A DNA stretch of 64,000 bases from Trichomonas gallinae (Eukaryota). The translations under genes and the position numbers were made by a program. Location: NCBI GenBank assembly GCA_008369845.1, contig MRSU01010726.1, positions 1-64,000 of the forward strand, given 5' to 3'. This document shows, piece after piece, positions 9,626 to 18,932 of the stretch. How positions within the stretch are numbered: position 1 is the stretch's first letter; each line of letters opens with the position of its first letter. The notes below the pieces were generated by a model. The model had not been told where the DNA came from. It ran no database searches and saw only the letters and a program-made list of their open reading frames with translations.

Positions 9626-12600
9626 ATGGATTTAGGAGAAGTTATAAATGTATTAATAAATGTTATCAGCCCTGATCAGGCACTCATAGAGGCATCTACT
9701 TACTACATTAACACCCAAAGAATTGCACAGCCGAGCGAATTCTTTGCGAAATTAGTCCAAGTTGCGCAATTAGACAACGCAGGATCCGCTCCTAATCAAG
9801 CTTTAATTCAGATAAAAACAATGCTAACTCCACGTCAGTATTATACGCCGGAAAAAATTAAAATGTTTTGGAATCAGTATAATCCTGAATTTAAATCGCA
9901 TGTAATCAATTACTTTGCGCAAGCTGCCTTCAGTGAAGATATTTTCGTCGCTCAGAATGCAGCAGCAATATATGGCCAACTTCAACGTTTAGAACCAAAT
10001 GCTTCAAACGTAATTTTCGGTATAATATTACAACAATTAACCGAAGGTAAGTATGAGAGAGCATTCATTTTGCTCCAATTACTTGCAGAAAATGTATCAG
10101 AAAAATCTGAAGAAATATTCCAAATATTTACTAAATTACTCGAACTTATGAACACTACTGTTAATTATGACGAAAACTTTATCAGCATATATAAAACAAT
10201 CGAATCTATGGTTCCTATTTTCAAAACTGAAGAAATATTTGTTAATTTCGTTCAACAATACATTACCACAATTATTTCACACATCGGTGCGCTCGCACAA
10301 GTCGATAAACCAGACATTCCACACGTTTTATGCACGGGATTATATACTGTTTTTGATATTTTGTACGATATTCCAGAAGCAGAGTATATCCTTCGTGATG
10401 AAGAATTTATTGGTTTCATTTTAGCGAATATCAATAATAGTAATTTATATATTAGACAAGAAATTTTATATTTATTAATCCGAATGACAGATAAAGAATA
10501 TTACAATCAGAAACAGTATTATTTCGCCGAAAAACTCAAGTATTCGGCAGTGCAGATCTTCAAAGACGATCAACTTAAAATTCAAAAATATATGGCTCCA
10601 ATAGCATCTGCTTCGTACTTAGATTTCTTCCATGAGTATTCAAACGACATAATTCAGCAATGTTTCGAGCTTTTAATCAATTTTGGAAATTGCGATGCTG
10701 ATTCATTCAAAGATATACTTCCAATTGATGAGACAAATATCCCTCCACATATGCTAGCACTTTCCCTCATCAAAAATATAGTAACTCTATTTCCTGATTT
10801 ATTGGACAAAATAATTCAGATTGATGAGCAAATTCAGTATGAAGGTTCATGGCATCTCATGCTTGTCAAGCTTGAGCTCAAGAATATTATCATTTCTATT
10901 AATTCAAAACTCAATGCACAATATCTTCTTGAAGAATCAAACAAAAATCTCTTCTTTACAGCATTAAACAGCGAAGTTGATTCCGTATGCGAATTTGCCT
11001 TATCACTATTTATTAATGCTCCTCAAGATATCAACATGAGATATAGTGAAGAAGAAATAATTGATATAATTCAAAGATTCATGCCAATTCTCAGCAGGCA
11101 TCCAAGACTTGCATTATTGTCAATACAAGCGCTCAACAAATGGCTTTGTTCCCAACAGCTTCGCATGAAAAGACACAAAGATGTCGATGGAATTGTCGAT
11201 GGCGAAGTTGTCCAAGCTCTGATGAACTTCATTAATGAAGCGCTCGCCCACGATAATGAAGAATTCATGATTAAAGAAAATGTTTTCATGATGTACTCAA
11301 ATATCTTCGCATCATTTAAACAAAGGGTTTATGATTCCTTCTTACAACTGGTGCAGAACACATTCAGTACTGTGCTCGATGCTTTGGTTCATACTTACGA
11401 AGTTTCAGATCAAGCCAGCGAAAAGGAGCAACTGAGAGACAGAAGCATTTACATCAACTTCATCTTCAGCATAATTGACACTTCTGGTCAAAGGTTGTTT
11501 GAGATAGCCGGTGAACTACTACAAAGGCTCTCAAATATATATGAATCTTACAAAGATCCGGACATTCTCGCCTCTATGGCAAGATGCGTGTGTTTCATTT
11601 ATGTCAAACAAGAACAAAGTATTGAATATGTGCAACAATTGATTTATGACTTATTCCAGACACAAGATATGTGGCTAACATTCACTGCATGCAAATTGAT
11701 AGGAGACATCATGCCAAATCTTCCACGCAGAGATAAAGATAAAATGCTGGAACTTGCCCAAATGGTTTACAAAGTTCTCGATAATCAATGGTTAATAGAA
11801 CAAACACTTCCTGTTGTCATATCTGCTATAACACGCATCTCCAAATTTATAATAGACCTCAAAGATCATAGAGTTGAAGCATACCGCAACGAACACGTCA
11901 ACAAAATAAACCAAGAACTAAGACGAAAACAAGAACAAGAACGACAACAACGAGAACAACAAGAACAACAACGACGACGACAGCGACAACAAAATGGAGA
12001 AGATTTGCAGCAAGATGAAATGAGAGAACCAATGACTGCAAAGAAAAAGACTAAAGATGAATTTGTTACAATTCATATTCCTTTAGCTGATTGCGACCAA
12101 GCTACTTTCAATAGCATTATACCTCTGACCGCTTTCCCTGATGAAGTGAATGCCCCACAAGAATGGTTAGCGTTAATTGACAATTTGCTCGAAATGATTT
12201 TGCAGTATAACTATTCGAACGAAACGTCAGAACAGCAAAGCGCAAGCGAGAATGTTTTGGCAAAAGGACTGAACTTCTTGGAGACTATAATTACTCGTAT
12301 TCCAGATATAAGATTCATCACTGAAAGAAGGATCAAAATATCTAAGTTCGTCAAGAAAATTTATGATTTCCAAATTACAGAAAAATCTGTCATTTGCAAT
12401 TATATTTCATTTTATAGTTCATTGATTGATGTATTTGAACGATCGAGATTGAATATTACAACATACCCACTCTTTACAAAGCGCGAATTCATTTATCCTA
12501 TAATAGTTGCAAACACATTCGATCCGAATGAAAGCCAAAAATTAGTTTCTATGCCAATGATTCTTTCCGTTATACAAGGAAAATCCAGAGAATCACGCAA

Positions 12601-12673
12601 AATCAGTATTCGTTACCAAATCAAAACTGATGAGAATGGAAACCAGTATGCTTATGCAAATCCAGTAGAATGA
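9626..12673 (+). CDS. HEAT/ARM-repeat protein, importin-beta-like
   Basis: 1015 aa. N-terminus MDLGEVINVLINVISPDQALIEASTYY resembles the importin-beta N-terminal region. Helical repeats. Inr TCACT at ~9591. Confidence 0.6.
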   Translation: MDLGEVINVLINVISPDQALIEASTYYINTQRIAQPSEFFAKLVQVAQLDNAGSAPNQALIQIKTMLTPRQYYTPEKIKMFWNQYNPEFKSHVINYFAQAAFSEDIFVAQNAAAIYGQLQRLEPNASNVIFGIILQQLTEGKYERAFILLQLLAENVSEKSEEIFQIFTKLLELMNTTVNYDENFISIYKTIESMVPIFKTEEIFVNFVQQYITTIISHIGALAQVDKPDIPHVLCTGLYTVFDILYDIPEAEYILRDEEFIGFILANINNSNLYIRQEILYLLIRMTDKEYYNQKQYYFAEKLKYSAVQIFKDDQLKIQKYMAPIASASYLDFFHEYSNDIIQQCFELLINFGNCDADSFKDILPIDETNIPPHMLALSLIKNIVTLFPDLLDKIIQIDEQIQYEGSWHLMLVKLELKNIIISINSKLNAQYLLEESNKNLFFTALNSEVDSVCEFALSLFINAPQDINMRYSEEEIIDIIQRFMPILSRHPRLALLSIQALNKWLCSQQLRMKRHKDVDGIVDGEVVQALMNFINEALAHDNEEFMIKENVFMMYSNIFASFKQRVYDSFLQLVQNTFSTVLDALVHTYEVSDQASEKEQLRDRSIYINFIFSIIDTSGQRLFEIAGELLQRLSNIYESYKDPDILASMARCVCFIYVKQEQSIEYVQQLIYDLFQTQDMWLTFTACKLIGDIMPNLPRRDKDKMLELAQMVYKVLDNQWLIEQTLPVVISAITRISKFIIDLKDHRVEAYRNEHVNKINQELRRKQEQERQQREQQEQQRRRQRQQNGEDLQQDEMREPMTAKKKTKDEFVTIHIPLADCDQATFNSIIPLTAFPDEVNAPQEWLALIDNLLEMILQYNYSNETSEQQSASENVLAKGLNFLETIITRIPDIRFITERRIKISKFVKKIYDFQITEKSVICNYISFYSSLIDVFERSRLNITTYPLFTKREFIYPIIVANTFDPNESQKLVSMPMILSVIQGKSRESRKISIRYQIKTDENGNQYAYANPVE

Positions 12674-13413
12674 GCAAAAATTTTATTACTATTTCTACTA
12701 AAATGTTTATATTGCATTTTTTTTTAATTCTTCTATCATTTATAATTTTAATAAAACTAATATAATCATAAATGATTTGTCAAATTTATCAAAGGCGTCC
12801 TTGCGCAAATGAATAGTCCATGTGTTCCAACTTATGAATATGAATTCATTCAAACTCCATGAATCTCTAATAACTCATTAAAATTCTCTAGTATGTGATC
12901 CTTATGTTCCTAATATTAGGAAGAATTCGAAAGGAAGATCGGATATTAGCATCTTTTGATATCTTATTTGAATTTTTTTAAGCACTGTAGATTATAAAAA
13001 TATGAACAAATCATATTACTTTAAAGCTGATGTAATATTCTTAAGTTTCTCCAACATCTCTCGTAAAGGTCGAGGAAAAATGGACTCGAAAATTTTAAAA
13101 TCCATCACTCGATCAATATTCTAAGACAATATCTACCGAGCATGGCGATATAGTTACAAAAAGCATGTGATGGAGCCGCCAAACACTTCTAATGTTCAAT
13201 TAAATCGTGGGATGAATTTTGATCCATTTTCGAAGTTTTCACTCAGTTCGAGAACATATCTGTCACGATCTAGAGAAGAAGAAGTAATGCAGGATCTAAT
13301 TTCTTAAATCTAAATTTTTAAGATTTGATAACAAACATGATAATATTTAATTAATATGTCAGAATTCAAACAAGTATAAATAATATAATAGGAATAAGCG
13401 TAAACTAACTATC

Positions 13414-14010
13414 TTAACAACATTTCGTTTTATCTTCTTCTTCTTGTGGCTCATAAAGTGTTGGCTGCACACCTATGTGTATTTCGTTCGTGATAACGTA
13501 TTGAAAAACATTCCTTGCCGCTTTGTGAAAAGCTTCTTTGACATTTGCATTTGTTTTCGCCGATGTTTCGATATATTCGAGATGATTAGTTGTTGAGAAT
13601 TGTTCTATTTCAGCTTTTGATACATTTCTTTCATCTTCTAGATCGATTTTATTTCCAACAAGTAGAATTCGCGCTTTCGGATGGCAATAGTTTCTTACAT
13701 CCGCAATCCAATCTTCTAGGCCTTCAAAACTCTTATGGTTATTATATGAAAAAACGATTAAAACCCCGACCGCATCTCGATAATATGCTTGAGACAAAGA
13801 TCTGTATTGCTCTTGGCCCGCTGTATCCCATATTTGCATTTGCACTTTCGTGTCTCCGATTGTTAGCTTGTATAAAGAATAATCGATTCCAATTGTGCTA
13901 TCGATCAAGTCACTGAACTCGTTTGTTATCAATCTTCGAACTAGGGCAGTTTTTCCCACTCCTGCATCGCCTATCATTAGGAATTTGAATGTAAGATTAT
14001 CTTTAGACAT
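13414..14010 (-). CDS. Rab-family small GTPase
   Basis: GDAGVGKT, TIGIDY, WDTAGQE, GNKID, ETSAK and a C-terminal CC prenylation motif. Likely ATG at 14010. Confidence 0.95.
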   Translation of the reverse strand: MSKDNLTFKFLMIGDAGVGKTALVRRLITNEFSDLIDSTIGIDYSLYKLTIGDTKVQMQIWDTAGQEQYRSLSQAYYRDAVGVLIVFSYNNHKSFEGLEDWIADVRNYCHPKARILLVGNKIDLEDERNVSKAEIEQFSTTNHLEYIETSAKTNANVKEAFHKAARNVFQYVITNEIHIGVQPTLYEPQEEEDKTKCC

Positions 14011-15240
14011 TAATCGAAATTTAATTTTATACACAAATTTCAGATGTATACATGAAATGTACATGAAAATATGAAAATAAGCGTTTTAAAATCAGGTCTT
14101 AAAAGTGACGATGTCAAAACGTATGTTTACGTGTCAAAATAATATTTTAGAATTTCGCCAAAAGTATAGTATTTAAAATTCATCCTAGATTCAAGAGATT
14201 CACCACAAGGAAATACATAAACTATCTATCGCTTCGAATTTGAAAACTATTATCAGTTAATCTCTACTTTAAAAAGTCAAAACAAAAAAATTCATTTGAA
14301 AACAAAACAATATAGTATAAGTATATAATAATCAATCGGAGATTACGGACATTTCCGCCAAGGATATTTTTGATGATTTGGAAATATGGATTTGGTGACG
14401 AATAGTATATGATACAACGATCACTCTAGTTTATATTTATGAATATTATCGTCTAATGGGGCACTTCTAGCATTAAAAAGTGTCTTAATTTTGAAAACGT
14501 CACATATACCGTGATGTAGATCTGAATTCGATGAATTTATATAATTAAATGAGTTGAATTGTATTGTATGAAGTTAATATAGGAACAAAAGGGCTAAAGG
14601 CTATATAATTGCCGTCTTAGGTTAAGAATATTTTGTCGATTATACCCAGATTTCCCGCACTCATACCAACTTTACACGAACCCTGCATAATTTGAAAGGT
14701 TTACATGACTTTTTTTTTTTTTTTTTTTTTTTTTTGATGGAACTAAGAGGGGATCGCGCTCGATCCGACCTTTTTTTCAAGGTCGGAGCTTGGAGAAACA
14801 ATCTCAGAATATTCTGAAATATAACAACGAGCCCTTAGATCTGTCTACAAACAACTATTTTGTTACGCGATTTCCCAATAGCAAAGAAGAGAACGCGAAA
14901 AACATTTTAGATTTTTTTATTTTTGACTTTACAATAATCGTCAATTTTATTTGACAAATGTGAAGTTATGTGACAACCAACGGTTCACTTTTGATCAACC
15001 ACAACCATTATTAATGCTCTCATATCCTGCCCCTATCTGTAGTTTACAACTATTTATATGTTTTTTTGAAGAATTTGAGCATAATTATGCAGTGGTATAG
15101 AGTAAATTTCATCATTATATAAAAAAATATAGAATTATATGACAAATGAGTTCTCTGTAAGCAAATAAAAGACATAGTATTTCACATCATAATCGAAAAA
15201 TTTTTTTAGTAAATCTATGAAATAATAAAAGATAAAGAAT

Positions 15241-16841
15241 TTATTCAACATAATCAGCATACTGAGCAAGGATGGCTTCAATTGCCTGCTTCATTGGGTC
15301 GAGCCTCTCTGGATTTCCTTGGCGCAGCAAAACTCCAACTAAGACTGCGGTTCTGTGGATCTGTTTGACGGAGACGTTGAAGTAAGAAACTTGATCCGTG
15401 TCGCGAAGGATGAACAACTGGTCATTCGGGAAGAAGTAGTCGATTCCACGAGTGGCGAAATCCTTCTGCATGTGCAGACAGACTTCTGTGGCAGGGGCAA
15501 TTTTCTTCGGGAAGAAGAAATACTTGTCGTCATCCATTGTAACAAACTCTGTGTCTGTCGGGAACTCCCAGTGGCGAGAATCTTTGAAGGACTCGAATGA
15601 GTTTGTTCCAGCAGTCGAAGCAGTCATGCCTGCGTCAGGGCCGCTGTAGCTGGGAACAGAGGAAACGAATCCTTCGACGGCTGGGAAATCAGGCATAGGA
15701 GCAACAGCCGCATCGTTTGCCGATGACCATGGAAGCGAACTCAAGTCTGTAACTCTTGAGTAAAGGGCGTGGAAGAGCTTCGCCGATGTTGGGCCTTCCT
15801 CGTTGAGCTCCTCCTTGATCTGGTCGATGTTGTCGTAGCCGACGTTCTGGAGAAGGTTGTAAAACTCTGGGTCGTCGATTTCGAGTTTTCCGTCAAGAGG
15901 TGGATGCGGAAGGGGCCTTGGGAAAACGTATCCTTCTGGGTAGTAGAGGTGGAAGGCCGGGTGCTCTTTGATCTGTTGGATTGTGAGGCGCTGGTTAACA
16001 TCGACGACAAGGATTTTGCTGATCAAATCTTTAATTGGCTCTGAGCTGATGACAGGCATCTTGTAAATACCAGCCTTAACTTTCGTTAAGACTGTTCTGA
16101 CTGATGGATCGTCGAAAGGTAAATATCCCTGTGTGTTAGTAAAAATTCAAAAATTTTGATTTCATATTTGGTAAAAACATGATCAGTATTCACTAATATG
16201 ATAGTACCTCATATGAAATCTCGAAAAATACATACTGCAACCAAGGCAAATAAAATTACACCACAACTCCAAACATCTGCAATGCGTCCGTCATATGGTG
16301 TACCACGTATGACTTCAGGAGCAGCGTAGTGTGGGGATCCACATGATGTTTTCGCTGTATTTGTGCGCATCCAGCGAGCGAAACCAAAGTCTGCAATTTT
16401 GAGGTTCTCGTTTTCGTCGATAAGGATATTTTCTGGTTTCAAGTCTCTGTGACAAATAGAATTTGCGTGTAGATACTCAATTCCATAAATAATTTGCCTG
16501 AAGAAGTGTAGAGCTGATTCTGGCTTTAAGAATCTGTGAGAGACGATGTAATCGAATAATTCGCCCTTTGGAGCGTATTCTAAGATCATATATAAGTGGT
16601 TTTTACTTTCGTAGACTTCGTAGAGTTCAATTAAATATGGGTGCTTTAAAAATTGCATTAATGCGATTTCTCTCATGATTTTTCGCTTGAAATCTTGTTT
16701 TTTCTCGAATAATTCTTTTTTGATGACTTTAATTGCAACTTTTTTGCCAGTATCCGGGTCCTGGCACAATTTGACCTTCGCAGAAGTACCTTCGCCAAGT
16801 TCTTTAATAATTTTATACTTTCCTATGTGGTCAAAACTCAT
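15241..16841 (-). CDS. CAMK-group (AMPK/BRSK-like) Ser/Thr kinase, two exons (16841-16236 and 16128-15241), ~497 aa
   Basis: GEGTSAKV, VAIK, HRDLKPEN, DFG, CGSPHYAAPE and DVWSCGVIL. Removing the intron joins ...ALVA to GYLPFDDPSVRTVLTKVKAG in frame and restores the kinase C-lobe. Confidence 0.93.
16129..16235 (-). other. Spliceosomal intron, 107 nt, phase 0
   Basis: 5' GTATGT at 16235-16230 and 3' ACTAACACACAG at 16140-16129, the fused branch-point/3' splice-site motif of trichomonad introns. Splicing restores the reading frame. Confidence 0.93.
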
Positions 16842-17231
16842 TTTTTTTTTTAATTTTGAATTTGAAATAAACATCATAATTTTTCGATAACACAAAAAAT
16901 AAGCTCTACATATCCTATTTCACGGTAAAAATCAGAAATAAATGGGAATAAAAAATTTTTTTCGCTTCACTTCTACCTACATATTTTTGTCCAATTTTCT
17001 CCTTTTCTATTGATATTTGAAGAATTTTTGATAAATGAATAGATCATATAAGAGGTTTATTTTTCATTTATAGTTCGAAAAGTATATGTTTGCGTTAAAA
17101 ATTTGTTTTTTATTGAAAAATTTTAAAATTTTCGATTCAAAAATCAAAAATAACATGTTTTTCGTGTATTATATACTATTCTCTATCTAAATCATTAAAA
17201 ATTAGAGTTATCTATTAAAAAGACGTTAAGA

Positions 17232-18458
17232 ATGTCAGTTTTTCTCCAGATGAAAAAAACTGAACCATTAACAAACAAAGAAATCGAAGAAATTTCGAAA
17301 TTCAAGGACGACATATACAAATTCGACCTTTCTAGAATAACTCCAGAGGTTTTCGAGCAATTGTTGAAGTCTCTTCCTGAGAATTTAGCTGAAAAAGCTC
17401 AGGGAGTTGGATTCAATTGCGATCTTTTAATTAAAACGAATAGAAAGAATGAACAATTACAAGCTGAAGACCCGAGATCGAACAAACGCCCAGTTTATCC
17501 ATTAACGTTATTAAATTCAACATGCAAAAAGAAAAAAGACTATGTCAAAAGACTCACAAAGACGATTTGCACGACAATTTCGCAATCAGAAATTCTCCAA
17601 TTCTTAAAATTCAGAACTATTCCATTCGCACAGACAGATATAGACCTTCTCGCTGGTTCCATTTTCTCTAGTAACAACCTACGAGTTTTAAGGTTCTGTG
17701 ATATCCCGCTTGGAGACAAAGGATTTTCAAGATTATGTCGCGCATTAAGAAAACGCTCGATTATTGAAGTCCAATTTCGAAAATGCGGACTGACTGATGA
17801 GTGCACATATGATTTACGCTCTCTTCTCGCTTTCCATGTCTTTATTCAAAACGAAGCTGCGTGGAAAGACCACGTTTTAGGTGTTCCTTCACAGGATGTT
17901 TGTCTACAGATCCTGGACTTGAGAAATAACGAGTTCACATTCAGATTCTTCGACATCATCGAAGATGCACTTCTCGATGTTCCTCTGAAACTGCTAGATT
18001 TAAGAGGAAACAACGGTTTAACACAGTCAATGGTTAGAAAACTTCAGGCAAAAGTTCCCAAGACAAAGATTATGTGCGGTATTTGCCCCGACGTCAAATT
18101 CGAGGCTAGAAAGGCAGAACTGGCTCAACAAGAGTCGCAGAAACGTTCGGCGAGCAGCAGCAGGGCCACAAACAAGTTCAAGAGAATACACGACTTAGAG
18201 GAAGAGAACAACAGACTGCGCGCTTTGATCGAGGAGCTTCAGATGGGCGTCAATGTCGCTATGCTTGAGCCTGGGCTGATGATTGTTGGCCCCAGAGCGA
18301 AAGACTTAGTTTCCGAGATCACGAAGCTGGACACTCTTCTTGGCTCCTTGGATAACATGTCTCCAACGCCTTTCTTGGAAGTCACAAGGAACCATGTTAA
18401 AGAGGAAGCAAAGAAGAAACTGACAACAAGGAAGCCAGCGAGAAAAACTCGCCACTGA
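17232..18458 (+). CDS. Leucine-rich-repeat plus coiled-coil protein, possibly CEP78-like
   Basis: RNI-like LRRs (LRVLRFCDIPLGDKG, LQILDLRNNEF, LKLLDLRGNNGL) followed by a coiled coil (IHDLEEENNRLRALIEEL). Confidence 0.7.
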   Translation: MSVFLQMKKTEPLTNKEIEEISKFKDDIYKFDLSRITPEVFEQLLKSLPENLAEKAQGVGFNCDLLIKTNRKNEQLQAEDPRSNKRPVYPLTLLNSTCKKKKDYVKRLTKTICTTISQSEILQFLKFRTIPFAQTDIDLLAGSIFSSNNLRVLRFCDIPLGDKGFSRLCRALRKRSIIEVQFRKCGLTDECTYDLRSLLAFHVFIQNEAAWKDHVLGVPSQDVCLQILDLRNNEFTFRFFDIIEDALLDVPLKLLDLRGNNGLTQSMVRKLQAKVPKTKIMCGICPDVKFEARKAELAQQESQKRSASSSRATNKFKRIHDLEEENNRLRALIEELQMGVNVAMLEPGLMIVGPRAKDLVSEITKLDTLLGSLDNMSPTPFLEVTRNHVKEEAKKKLTTRKPARKTRH

Positions 18459-18932
18459 TTTATATTTTATTTATTTTGTAATGATAAAGAGAAGTATTAA
18501 CGGAAAACGCATTAGTTTATTTGCAAATAAATAGAGAATATAAATGTTTATTATTCACAGCAAACAACAGATTCTTTCATCAATAAATTAAACCATGAAA
18601 CAAAAAAAAATCAAATGCTTAAACATGTCAATTTTTAATGCTATAGATCTTATAACAATATATTTTTATGATGTTGACTGCATTTAACATAGTAACGATT
18701 TCCATTTAAGCACAATACTGTTTATTATTGTTGATGATTTGTTGTTTTTGAACTATTAGAATAATTAACTAATTCATGCATTTGAACTTTTCCATATTTC
18801 AATATATCATTGAGCTTGTATAGATTCTTTATATATGAGAAAGCTATTAAAACTTTAAGAAATAGATATATATGCATAGTAAGATAATTTATTTTATAAA
18901 ACAAAACAAATATTATAACAAAAAGGAAAGTT

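Noticed and set aside
14736..14900. Firm call as U1/U2/U5/U6 snRNA, RNase P/MRP or hammerhead ribozyme
   Set aside because: The diagnostic motifs (ACTTAC, GTAGTA, GCCTTTTAC, ACAGAGA, CTGATGA...GAAA) are absent. Kept only as an unclassified candidate.
15241..16895. Two separate ORFs (228 aa and 272 aa) or a frameshifted kinase pseudogene
   Set aside because: Explained by one canonical 107-nt intron.
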